IMG/VR virus record: IMGVR_UViG_3300009104_001827
Location: 124,001 to 188,000 of that record
Reading direction: 5' to 3' (one strand)
Length of the DNA stretch: 64,000 nt
The notes beneath the pieces were generated by a model. The model did no database searches, had not been told where the DNA came from, and was given only the letters and a program-made list of their open reading frames with translations. A program made the translations under genes and the position numbers. Of this stretch, positions 9,468-18,580 are shown in pieces; the stretch's first letter is position 1, and each line of letters starts with the position of its first letter.

Positions 9468-10014
9468 AGTGATCGGTATTAGCGGACCAGCGAGGGCAGG
9501 CAAAGATACCCTTTTTGAGGTATTGGATGATTTATTTGAAACCGTAAATCTTACAAGACTTGCTTTTGCCGACGCACTTAAGGCAGAATGTGACGACTTC
9601 CTAAAAACTCACACAGGAATCTCAGCCTTTACGTCAGACACCGCAGAGAAGGAGATCATAAGACCCTTTTTAGTAGCTTACGGCAGTAAGGTTCGAAGAA
9701 AAATGAACCCTCGCTGCTGGATTGAATGTATAGAAAAATCAATAAAGGAAAATAAAAAAGATACGATATATGTCTTGACTGATGTCAGGTATCCCAATGA
9801 GCTCGACTGGATAGAAGGACAAGGCGGGCTCTCTATACATGTATCAAGAGACGGCGTTCTTCCCGCGAACAGTGAAGAGGAGATTAACGACCCCATATTA
9901 AGGTCTAGGTCTAAGTTAAGCATCTCCGTCCCGACGTTTCAACAAAACTATTTCAACCAATGCAAAGAAACGATACAAAAAAAGATTCCAAGAAAACTGA
10001 TAACGAGCTTATAG
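9460..10014 (+). CDS. Deoxynucleoside monophosphate kinase
   Basis: IGISGPARAGKDT P-loop, AFADALK, TDVRYPNE. Confidence 0.9.
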   Translation: MIKVIGISGPARAGKDTLFEVLDDLFETVNLTRLAFADALKAECDDFLKTHTGISAFTSDTAEKEIIRPFLVAYGSKVRRKMNPRCWIECIEKSIKENKKDTIYVLTDVRYPNELDWIEGQGGLSIHVSRDGVLPANSEEEINDPILRSRSKLSISVPTFQQNYFNQCKETIQKKIPRKLITSL

Positions 10015-10586
10015 CTCAAATTAAAGGGGGGAACCACAAAGAACCCCTCCGAGAACTGACCGAGCGGCACACCCCACTCTATATATCGGTAATACATAAT
10101 CTCGCAAAAAGATTCTGCAATTGGAGTACAGCCCAAGACGTAATAGCAGACAAGGACTATGTAGTCTTTAGAGCGGCAGAGAAATATGACTCCACGAGGA
10201 ATACAAAATTCTCAACATTCCTAGCTAATGAAGCAAAGTGGGCATTTTTAAACAAGACACAAAAGGAAAAAAGGTTCAACAAGCACCTACTTATATCAGA
10301 TGACGGCCAATTCGAGTTCGTGGCGCCCCTTGAAGAATTCAACTCCAACGCGCCAACAGATACACTGGACTATATTTTTACGACCCTCAACGAACACCCC
10401 GACGAGAGGGTGGGAGATATATATAGACTGAGATATAAATCCGGGAAAAAGAACAAAGTCATGCCCTGGTATATGGTCGGCAACGAGATGAACCTCAGCG
10501 CCCAAGGCTGCATAAATATTCACAACAAAGCTCTCAATTACATTAAAGATAAACTAACCAAGGAAGGAATACTCAATGTTAAATAG
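9960..10586 (+). CDS. Sigma70-family RNA polymerase sigma factor
   Basis: Region 2 (AAEKYDSTRNTKFSTF) and region 4 HTH (VGNEMNLSAQGCINIHNKAL). Confidence 0.85.
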   Translation: MQRNDTKKDSKKTDNELIAQIKGGNHKEPLRELTERHTPLYISVIHNLAKRFCNWSTAQDVIADKDYVVFRAAEKYDSTRNTKFSTFLANEAKWAFLNKTQKEKRFNKHLLISDDGQFEFVAPLEEFNSNAPTDTLDYIFTTLNEHPDERVGDIYRLRYKSGKKNKVMPWYMVGNEMNLSAQGCINIHNKALNYIKDKLTKEGILNVK

Positions 10587-10953
10587 ATATAACGCAATGG
10601 GAAATCTCACTAGAGACCCCGAAATAGTAGATGTATCAGACCAACACAAGGTTTGTAAATTCAGCATCGCAATTAATAACCCAATCAAGAAGACCGTCCT
10701 CTATATGGACGTTGAAGCTTGGAACAGAACGGCGGAAAATTGCCAAAAATACCTTACTAAAGGGTCCGCAGTAGCTGTAGATGGAAGGCTTGACTCCAAA
10801 AAGTGGACCACCGACAGCGGGCAAAATCGCTCGAAAATTTTCTGCGTAGCGGATAACGTGCATTTCGTCAGGCTAAAAAATCAAGACGAAGAGCAACCAG
10901 CAGGAACAGCGAACGCAGGGGAAGAAGAGGAAGAGGAAGAGGTTCCATTTTAA
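10576..10953 (+). CDS. ssb: Single-stranded DNA-binding protein
   Basis: GNLTRDPE, VAVDGRL OB fold; acidic tail EEEEEEVPF. Confidence 0.95.
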   Translation: MLNRYNAMGNLTRDPEIVDVSDQHKVCKFSIAINNPIKKTVLYMDVEAWNRTAENCQKYLTKGSAVAVDGRLDSKKWTTDSGQNRSKIFCVADNVHFVRLKNQDEEQPAGTANAGEEEEEEEVPF

Positions 10954-12035
10954 TGCCTCAACTAAATGTAAAATGCCCTATAAATAAATTATCCTTCGGA
11001 AACGTTTCAGTTAATATACTGAGAGAGCTCTTCAAGAAGGGGGTTGATGCGTGTGTATTTCCCACTGGCCAACCAGACCTGTCTAGCTATGACCAAGCCT
11101 CAAAGGAGTTCTACGAATGGTTAAGGAGCGCTATGGCTCGGCGTCTTACAGATGTCGACCGAAGTAATCCCACCTTAAATATTTGGCATATAAACGGAAG
11201 TGAGAACAAAATCTCAGACAAAAATACACTCTTAACGTTTCACGAAACCGGCCACCCTACGCCAGAAGAACTAAATTTAGCAAAACTATACGACAAGGTT
11301 TGCTTTGGCAGCAATTACGCAAGAGAGGCCTTTCAAGATTGCGGAGCCACAAATGTCACAAATGTCCCTATGGGATTAGACCCCGACTTATCCTGTCTCC
11401 CACAAAAGAAATCTAGCGACAATATTCATTTTGGGCTAATGGGAAAATGGGAAAGAAGAAAGCATACGTCAAAAATTATAAAATGCTGGGCAAAAACATA
11501 CGGTAACAACAATCGCTATGAATTATCATGCTGCGTAGGGAATAGTTTCCTTGAAGAAAGCCAGCTCGAATCCGCCAAACTAGAAGCCTTGGGGTCCCGG
11601 GAATTTAGCAATATTAACTTCCTTCCGTGGCTTCCAAAAAACTCCCAAGTTAACGACTTCATCAACTCAATAGACGTAGACCTCAGTGGCATGAGCGGAG
11701 CGGAGGGCTGGAACCTTCCAGCGTTCAACGCGACCGCACTAGGAAAATGGAGCATAGTACTGGACTGTACATCCCACAAAGATTGGGCCACGGAAGGGAA
11801 TTGCATCCTAATAAGCCCTTCAGGAACGGAAAGCATAGAAGACGGAATCTTCTTTACCAAAGAGTCCCCATTCAACAGGGGTGTTAAATTTACATTCAAC
11901 GAAGACTCCCTAATCAAGGCCATGGAGCTAGCGGAGCATAAATGCAAAACAGAAAACACCAAAGGGAAAGAACTCGCAACTCAATTCACCTACTCAAACA
12001 CTGTAGATAAATTACTGGATATTTGCTTCTCATAG
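10953..12035 (+). CDS. GT4-family glycosyltransferase
   Basis: GKWERRKH, AEGWNLPAFNATALGK GT-B motifs. Confidence 0.8.
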   Translation: MPQLNVKCPINKLSFGNVSVNILRELFKKGVDACVFPTGQPDLSSYDQASKEFYEWLRSAMARRLTDVDRSNPTLNIWHINGSENKISDKNTLLTFHETGHPTPEELNLAKLYDKVCFGSNYAREAFQDCGATNVTNVPMGLDPDLSCLPQKKSSDNIHFGLMGKWERRKHTSKIIKCWAKTYGNNNRYELSCCVGNSFLEESQLESAKLEALGSREFSNINFLPWLPKNSQVNDFINSIDVDLSGMSGAEGWNLPAFNATALGKWSIVLDCTSHKDWATEGNCILISPSGTESIEDGIFFTKESPFNRGVKFTFNEDSLIKAMELAEHKCKTENTKGKELATQFTYSNTVDKLLDICFS

Positions 12036-12040
12036 TGTAT
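12035..12040 (+). promoter_or_regulatory. GTGTA-box (putative phage late promoter)
   Basis: GTGTAT 11 nt before ATG 12052; one of many copies. Confidence 0.55.
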
Positions 12041-12051
12041 ATAATATATAC

Positions 12052-12390
12052 ATGCCACTATACACTTTTGAACATCCGGAAACGGGGGAACATCAAGATG
12101 TTTTATTCGGAATGAATGATGACAAAAGCTACGTAGACAGCGAGGGAACTTCCTGGATTAGGGTTTGGCACTCCCCCCAAGCGACAGTAGACGCCAACAT
12201 AGACCCATTCTCCTCAAGTCAATACCTTGAGAAAACCAACACGAGGGGAACGATGGGAGACCTTCAGGAGCGCAGCAGGGAACTGAGTGAAAAGCGCGCG
12301 AGCAAGCTGGGCTACGACCCAATTAAGAAGAAATACTTCGAGGAATATTCAAAAAAAAGAAACGGCATCAAGCATCACTTAGACACATAA
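12052..12390 (+). CDS. FmdB-like small protein (zinc-ribbon Cys absent)
   Basis: MPLYTFEHPETG start resembles the FmdB MPxYxYxC pattern without Cys. Confidence 0.5.
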   Translation: MPLYTFEHPETGEHQDVLFGMNDDKSYVDSEGTSWIRVWHSPQATVDANIDPFSSSQYLEKTNTRGTMGDLQERSRELSEKRASKLGYDPIKKKYFEEYSKKRNGIKHHLDT

Positions 12391-12412
12391 TAGAGGCAAC
12401 CAGCCTCAATAG

Positions 12413-12418
12413 GTGTAA
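12413..12418 (+). promoter_or_regulatory. GTGTA-box
   Basis: GTGTAA 8 nt before ATG 12427, preceded by hairpin GAGGC-AACCA-GCCTC (12393-12407). Confidence 0.55.
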
Positions 12419-12426
12419 TAGAGGGT

Positions 12427-14340
12427 ATGCCGGACTTCAAAGACAACCCTCTTTTCAATGACCAAATAAGAAAATTCGTTGGGGCAGTACCCAACGTTTC
12501 CTTTGATTATATCTGGGATGAATCATTAGCTAAGTGGGTTCCCAGCAAAGGGGTAAGCGTCACAATTGATGACGTGGATCTAGACATAGACCTAGAGGAC
12601 GAGGTGACCCACGGACTACTTGCAATCACCAATGCTAAACTTGATACAATAAATACAAGTCTTAGTAATCTGGACTCAGACTCCTCAGACGAAACGACGC
12701 ACGCACTACTGACCCTAAACAACACTAAACTTGACGCAATAAACTCAAAACTAGAAAACCTAGATTCCTCAGACGAAACCACACACAACCTACTTACGCT
12801 CACAAATACAAAACTGGACCTTTCCAATACAAAGTCCGACCTGACCAATGTCAAGCTGGATTCTGCAAACACCAAGCTAGATTCCGCAAACACCAAGCTA
12901 GATTCCGCAAACACCAAGCTTGCCAGCCTAGAAGACCTCACAGAGCATACTCACGTAATGCTCAATCAGAACCACACTCACCTGCAAAACGTAAAATCCG
13001 CAGTAGACTCATTAAAGTCGGCGAACCAGGCAGACGCCTTACTTTTAAGAACAATCCAAACCGCAGCAGACGTTAAACTCGGAGAGATAAAGGGAATCAA
13101 CACCAGCATATTGACTGAAAGCGAAGAGGCTAACGTAAACCTCCTAAATATCGCCTCAACAAACTCAGGCATCCTAGATTCCTCGGAGGACCTAGAGGTC
13201 TTAGTTGGAACTTCAAACACCTTACTAGGAGAGGTCAAGCAGGCAGTGGAAGACCTAGAACTCAACATTGCTGGCGACGCAGAAACGCATAGAATACTTT
13301 CAGGAATTTCCGGCCAAGATAAATCACATTATTTTGAAAACGAAGAGCTGCTTAGATATATAAACGACGCAAACGAGGACACCAACCTCTCCTTACAAGA
13401 ACTAAAAGGAAACTATCGAGACCTGACTTTTCATGTTAGGAAATTTGAAGAAGAAACAATAATACAAGAGTGTCCAGACGAAACTTTTTCACCCAACCTA
13501 AGCGACCCCAGGAGTTTCCCCGACAGGGTTCACAACAAAGCCACAACCAACGGGAGAATCAACGACTCAACCACTAAAGAAATAAACCAAGTCCCAATAG
13601 TTGCTGAAGGCTTCAACAAAGATGTCGCAGAAAGACATGAAGTGTTCGACGAAGCTATGCCATTTTCTATAAAAATGGAGAGCTACAAAGGGTCCTCATC
13701 CGGATACCATTCAATATACCCCTTCGACAAGCGATTGGGTCTCGATGACAAAATTACAATCTACAACGACAGCCCATACCCCTTCGACATCAGCTTCAGA
13801 GGAGGAGACAAAACAACTCTTGCGGAAGGATTTTCCATGGAGCTATCCAAGGAAGAAGCTGCCCAAGCTTCGGTGAAAAGAGATTATACAATATCTGGCT
13901 TCGAAATAAGATACTCCATAGAGAGAATGTATACCCCTGAAAATAATTACTATGATCCAGAAACCGATAAATACCCAATCAACAGGCAACAAACCCACTC
14001 TAGGTTAGGGGTAGACGGAATACTTGCGGATGCACAATATATATATTTAAGATTTGAGGAGACATGGAAAAGGACAGCAATAGCAAGTTGGGCAACATGC
14101 GTTTTCAGAACCGCTTCATCCGCAAAAATACACTACTTCGAGCCCTATACTACAGCAAGCCATCTTTACGTCAACACTCTCGACGGCCTGAAAAGAATTG
14201 CGATTGCCGACTGGATTACATGCGAGCGCGTTCCACTAGAATGCCACAATAATATCTGGGCCGACAATAATTATCTATATGCTAAAACTAAATCCAATTG
14301 GAGAAAGTTTCCACTAGCAACTGATTATGAAAATATCTAA
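12427..14340 (+). CDS. Putative virion fibre-like protein (coiled coil plus C-terminal triple repeat)
   Basis: Heptad NTKLD repeats; three YLY...WKR..L..W-like units at C-terminus. Confidence 0.55.
   Translation: MPDFKDNPLFNDQIRKFVGAVPNVSFDYIWDESLAKWVPSKGVSVTIDDVDLDIDLEDEVTHGLLAITNAKLDTINTSLSNLDSDSSDETTHALLTLNNTKLDAINSKLENLDSSDETTHNLLTLTNTKLDLSNTKSDLTNVKLDSANTKLDSANTKLDSANTKLASLEDLTEHTHVMLNQNHTHLQNVKSAVDSLKSANQADALLLRTIQTAADVKLGEIKGINTSILTESEEANVNLLNIASTNSGILDSSEDLEVLVGTSNTLLGEVKQAVEDLELNIAGDAETHRILSGISGQDKSHYFENEELLRYINDANEDTNLSLQELKGNYRDLTFHVRKFEEETIIQECPDETFSPNLSDPRSFPDRVHNKATTNGRINDSTTKEINQVPIVAEGFNKDVAERHEVFDEAMPFSIKMESYKGSSSGYHSIYPFDKRLGLDDKITIYNDSPYPFDISFRGGDKTTLAEGFSMELSKEEAAQASVKRDYTISGFEIRYSIERMYTPENNYYDPETDKYPINRQQTHSRLGVDGILADAQYIYLRFEETWKRTAIASWATCVFRTASSAKIHYFEPYTTASHLYVNTLDGLKRIAIADWITCERVPLECHNNIWADNNYLYAKTKSNWRKFPLATDYENI
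12859..12921 (+). repeat. 3 x 21-bp tandem repeat (DSANTKL)
   Basis: GATT(C)(T/C)GCAAACACCAAGCT(A/T) three times. Confidence 0.95.
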
Positions 14341-15052
14341 ATTTAAAGAAATCGACACTTACGAAAACGCGCTCCACCAGGAAAATGTTGAAGAAGCCCT
14401 TGAGTCCATAAAAACGCAGGACCAAGAGTTGCACAATTCTACTACCGCACAAATACAGAACCTTCACGACGCCAGCTCCGCGCAATCACTAAACCAGCAC
14501 ACGGCAATCGCAGATGACCTAGACGAAGTAAAGTCTATACTTAGCGGGATCAAGCCAAGATCTTCCCGCACGAAAATATTCAACCAAAAGATAGATGAAA
14601 ATTTCATCATACTAGAAACTACCGATGAATTGATGAGGCCGCCGGACCAATGCGAAGATATTTTTAATCCAGCAACAGCGCTAAAAGAGGTTAACCAGTT
14701 TTTTGTTTTAGAAGAAAATATAGACGAGGAGCACTGCGCACAAAGAAAATTCAACTTCGATACAGACGCTAAGTATGCGATCCGAATGGACACCTATTCT
14801 GGGGATGCAGACGGATTCTACAACGTATACGGGCACCTTGAAAATAATAGCTCAGATATATTTTTAATCAACGACACCCTATACAAGCTAGAACTCCGGC
14901 TCGATGAAGTCAACGAGAGAGTGCAGCTCGAAGACGGCTTCAATTTAAGCTTTAATGATTTAGAAAAAGACAACATTCTATCATTTAAAAGAAACCATAC
15001 AATATCGGGCTATACTTTCAAATATATAATAGAAGGAAAAGCAAACTCTTAG
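14327..15052 (+). CDS. Hypothetical protein, partly paralogous to middle of upstream gene
   Basis: Acidic; TKIFNQKIDENFII vs TFHVRKFEEETII resemblance; coupled by overlap. Confidence 0.7.
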   Translation: MKISKFKEIDTYENALHQENVEEALESIKTQDQELHNSTTAQIQNLHDASSAQSLNQHTAIADDLDEVKSILSGIKPRSSRTKIFNQKIDENFIILETTDELMRPPDQCEDIFNPATALKEVNQFFVLEENIDEEHCAQRKFNFDTDAKYAIRMDTYSGDADGFYNVYGHLENNSSDIFLINDTLYKLELRLDEVNERVQLEDGFNLSFNDLEKDNILSFKRNHTISGYTFKYIIEGKANS

Positions 15053-15736
15053 ATGAAAATCTCCAGCAATAAAAGCCTAATCAAGGAAATAGCCCCAGGG
15101 GTATTCTCAATAGGGAACAACCCCTTTGCTCCAGCCTTCCTGCTGGACGCCAACACCCAGAAAGCTTCTGTGTCTGGAGTAGAAGTTGTGCTAGATGGAG
15201 ACCTCCAGCATCTCTTTGACGAACTTAATTTAGTTGACGAAAAACACACGACCGACATTCAGACGAACGCAGACGCAATCTCCAGTGAAGCCACAAGAGC
15301 GAATACGGCGGAGTCCGCGATTCAGTCCGAAGTGGACCAGAACAGCTCCAAGCTGGCAAATATTGAAGATAATGCCACCGCCGATCAGACTAGCGAAGAG
15401 ATTAAAGCTTCGTACGAAGCCAACGCAGATACTAACGAATTCTCCGACATCAACAAATCCAAGCTAGACGGCATCGAGGATAATGCCAACAATTACGTTC
15501 ACCCAAATCATTCCGGAGAAGTTTCGTCCACCTCAGACGGGGCAACAATTATATCCGACAATGTAGTGGATGAGGCCAACCTCAAGGTTTCCAATCCTCC
15601 ATCTGATGGCTATATGCTTACAGCGCAATCCAGCGCATCAGGCGGATTAGTCTGGGTATCTCCCACAACCGGGGGCGGGCTATCGGAGGCAGAAGTGAAG
15701 GCTATAGCCTTCAGGTCGGCGATTATTTTTGGCTAA
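15053..15736 (+). CDS. Tail-fibre-like protein
   Basis: KLANIEDNATADQT / KLDGIEDNANNYVHP repeats typical of phage fibre shafts. Confidence 0.65.
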   Translation: MKISSNKSLIKEIAPGVFSIGNNPFAPAFLLDANTQKASVSGVEVVLDGDLQHLFDELNLVDEKHTTDIQTNADAISSEATRANTAESAIQSEVDQNSSKLANIEDNATADQTSEEIKASYEANADTNEFSDINKSKLDGIEDNANNYVHPNHSGEVSSTSDGATIISDNVVDEANLKVSNPPSDGYMLTAQSSASGGLVWVSPTTGGGLSEAEVKAIAFRSAIIFG

Positions 15737-16198
15737 TCAAAGAGCCTTCACCAAAACATGAACTATGCCGCCCGTTTCCTTTACGGTGTCACTAAGAAAC
15801 AGGTCAAACCCGGTGTTGGTTATATTTTTGACGACCGTAGAGTAAAACAACACATCGTCCCCATCAGGCGGCTCGTATTGCACAAAAACCGACGGAGGAG
15901 TATCAAAGGTGGTTCCAAACGGTATTGTCGCAGACTCAAAGTTCAACGGAACGTCATACTTGATGGACACCTCTCTTTTTTGTCCCGCCAGAGCTTTCCA
16001 AACCAATTCCCCGCTACCATCATGGTCTGAAATATAAAACTGCCCCTGAGCATCAGAAGCTAAAGCTCCCTCAAAAGGAGGCGTTGCATTGTCCAAGAAC
16101 GAAGAATCAACCTTCTGAACCTTAAGCGGCATTGCCGCCAATAAATTACCTAATTGAGCCTGAACGTTTTGTAAACTCATATCACAAAGACTCCTCAA
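15737..16198 (-). CDS. Virion protein with H-type-lectin-like C-terminal domain
   Basis: FGTTFDTPPSVFV...KNITNTGFDL pattern. Confidence 0.55.
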   Translation of the reverse strand: MRSLCDMSLQNVQAQLGNLLAAMPLKVQKVDSSFLDNATPPFEGALASDAQGQFYISDHDGSGELVWKALAGQKREVSIKYDVPLNFESATIPFGTTFDTPPSVFVQYEPPDGDDVLFYSTVVKNITNTGFDLFLSDTVKETGGIVHVLVKAL

Positions 16199-18089
16199 TT
16201 GTTACGGTAACATCCAATATGTTGCCTGCATTAGTTATAACCTGATTATCTATAATCAATTCACTATCATTAACTATACCGAACCCTGCTTCCAAATTAG
16301 ACGTGCCGTCTTGTTTCGGGGTAGTAATCCCTGCGTCATACGGAATAGAAAATGTATTACCCCCAGCTGGTGTCGCGGTAGCGGTTAGCTTAGAAGTATT
16401 ATATACATCTACTCCCAAGTCAACCGCCAGGTAATCCGGAGCAAGGATTGTTACAGACCTTTGGTCAAAACCTCGCACAGTACCCGTATCATCCCGCTGA
16501 AAGGTTTCTCCGATTAACTTCTCCCCCTCGAAGCTTATCGTAAATTGCCCCCGAGGAGTGTCATCGGATATTAAAATCTGGAACGAGAAAGACGTATTAC
16601 TATTCTTGGAAATTGCCCCAACTGTTATATTTGGATCGGAGACAGAAAGTATAGAAAGAGATTCAAGGGGTTCACCCACACTAACATTAACGTTACTATA
16701 CTGAGCCCCAGCAGAAGAAGAACGAAATGTGTTCGGGGAAAAGTTAACCGACGGAACGGTTCCCTCGGACTGAATCTGTATAGAGGACGTTGAAGAGGAA
16801 GCGCTCCTGCCGTTCGACTGCTTAAAAACAGAAACGCTCATTGTCCCACTGGTGTAATTACTCGCATTTTCTCCGGAGACCACAAATGGACCAGAATTAA
16901 TATCAGCAGGTATTGTTACAAATTTCAAAACATAACTTTTTGAATAATTATGGTTATCAAAATTGGAAGCAGTAACATTAACATCAACGCTCTCTCCTGT
17001 ATTATTTATTATATTATTGGAGTTGGGGTAGCTAAAACTAAGAGAGACAGAAGGGGCTGAATTATTTGTTATAATATCATTGTCAGCAGCATAAGATTGA
17101 GATTGGTTGCCTGTTATATCCTGAACAGTTACGTTAAAACTCTTCGCCTGAACACTATTCGATGCGCCGCCGATAGTAACATTAAACTCGTAGTCATAAG
17201 TGCCGTCTCCGTTGTCATTAAAGTTAGGATTGTTAACAGTCTTTGATTGAAGGGCTCCGCCCGAAACAACAATCTTGCCGATCTCTTTTGAGGACTTAAC
17301 GTACACCCTTGCGGTATCGCCATTTTTAGCCTCGGTCTGTGAATGAGACTGATTGCCGTCGTGTGCATTAAACGAGGTCTGCCCGTAAAAAGTTCCAGTA
17401 TCCGTTCGGTTTACAAACTTTGCTTCAAGGACCTGGGGAGGAGTATCCTTCTCAAGAGAAAGGTAAGTCTGCCTGCCTCCGTTTTTAAATAAATATGTTG
17501 TAGGCACTGAACAGTCCAGCCTAAGCGTAGTATTAAAAGAATAGCCGTTGCTATTTGTTGACAACTGAGAAAAATCAACATCCTGATACTGAGGGTCTTC
17601 GCCGCTAACAGCATAACTTATGGAAGGCTTGAACGTCTGAGCATCTCCCCTTTCTACCAACAACTTAACATCTACCTGATCACTAGCGGTTTTGACCTTT
17701 CTTACTACAGCCCCACTGAACTCAGACTCCAAGATTTCCTCGACCCCGCCAACAGCGGTTACGTTAGTTACAAAAATCGGCCCGGTATTTATCCCCCCAG
17801 ACGACTCCCCAGAGGAACCGCCAGCGTCAGACCCAACAATATCCCCAACAACAATTTGGTCAAAATAACCAACCTGCCCCCTAAATATATGCCCGCTTAT
17901 ATCTCCACTCTCAGACGTAAAGTCTACTATCTGAGAGATTCTCGTATCGCCAATAACCGTCAGATCACCCTGAACGGTTAGATTATCCTGAAAATCCTTA
18001 TGACCAAAGACGTCCTCGTCGCCCGAAAGGCTCACGAAGGTCCCTAAGGTGCCCTCCCCAAAAGGATTTTTCTGGATAAATTCAGCCAT
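16182..18089 (-). CDS. Ser/Thr-rich beta-sandwich (Ig-like) virion protein
   Basis: 635 aa, S/T/N/G rich; VTVQDITGN, APSVSLS Ig-like strands. Confidence 0.55.
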   Translation of the reverse strand: MAEFIQKNPFGEGTLGTFVSLSGDEDVFGHKDFQDNLTVQGDLTVIGDTRISQIVDFTSESGDISGHIFRGQVGYFDQIVVGDIVGSDAGGSSGESSGGINTGPIFVTNVTAVGGVEEILESEFSGAVVRKVKTASDQVDVKLLVERGDAQTFKPSISYAVSGEDPQYQDVDFSQLSTNSNGYSFNTTLRLDCSVPTTYLFKNGGRQTYLSLEKDTPPQVLEAKFVNRTDTGTFYGQTSFNAHDGNQSHSQTEAKNGDTARVYVKSSKEIGKIVVSGGALQSKTVNNPNFNDNGDGTYDYEFNVTIGGASNSVQAKSFNVTVQDITGNQSQSYAADNDIITNNSAPSVSLSFSYPNSNNIINNTGESVDVNVTASNFDNHNYSKSYVLKFVTIPADINSGPFVVSGENASNYTSGTMSVSVFKQSNGRSASSSTSSIQIQSEGTVPSVNFSPNTFRSSSAGAQYSNVNVSVGEPLESLSILSVSDPNITVGAISKNSNTSFSFQILISDDTPRGQFTISFEGEKLIGETFQRDDTGTVRGFDQRSVTILAPDYLAVDLGVDVYNTSKLTATATPAGGNTFSIPYDAGITTPKQDGTSNLEAGFGIVNDSELIIDNQVITNAGNILDVTVTIEESL

Positions 18090-18580
18090 TAGAAATCAGT
18101 AAATGTAGCAGTTGCGGTTACTCTTCCCCCTACCTGCGAAGACGCGCCTATACTTTCGTTATGGTTTAGTAAAAACTTCTCCCCGCCAAACATAAAAGTT
18201 TGGCCAGGTGGAATATATAATTCGGACACAACCTTTGATTGGTTTCCTGGATCAACATCCTTGCGAATGGTTACGTCGCTCCACACTGCTGGCGCAGACC
18301 CAGGAACGTCTGCTGGACTTGACTCAGATATAGCTTGCCACGCCTTAGAATCATGCCTCACACGGTCATCGATTCCATACACGCCGCCATTACCCCCGTC
18401 GGCAGCCCACGGACTTAGGTCCGCAGGATTGAACCCTATCGCCTGAGCGACAAAAAGATCAATAGTTTCTCCCTCTGTGGTAGTGTTACAGAAATATATT
18501 CCTAAGTTTGCGTATTTTTGGCTGCTGGGTGCGGAAATAATTTCTGTATATTCATTACTTACTACTATATTTTTAATCAT
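18089..18580 (-). CDS. Small structural protein with inserted CBM5/12-like module
   Basis: Internal YGIDDRVRHDSKAWQA...VPGSAPAVW segment. Confidence 0.55.
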   Translation of the reverse strand: MIKNIVVSNEYTEIISAPSSQKYANLGIYFCNTTTEGETIDLFVAQAIGFNPADLSPWAADGGNGGVYGIDDRVRHDSKAWQAISESSPADVPGSAPAVWSDVTIRKDVDPGNQSKVVSELYIPPGQTFMFGGEKFLLNHNESIGASSQVGGRVTATATFTDF

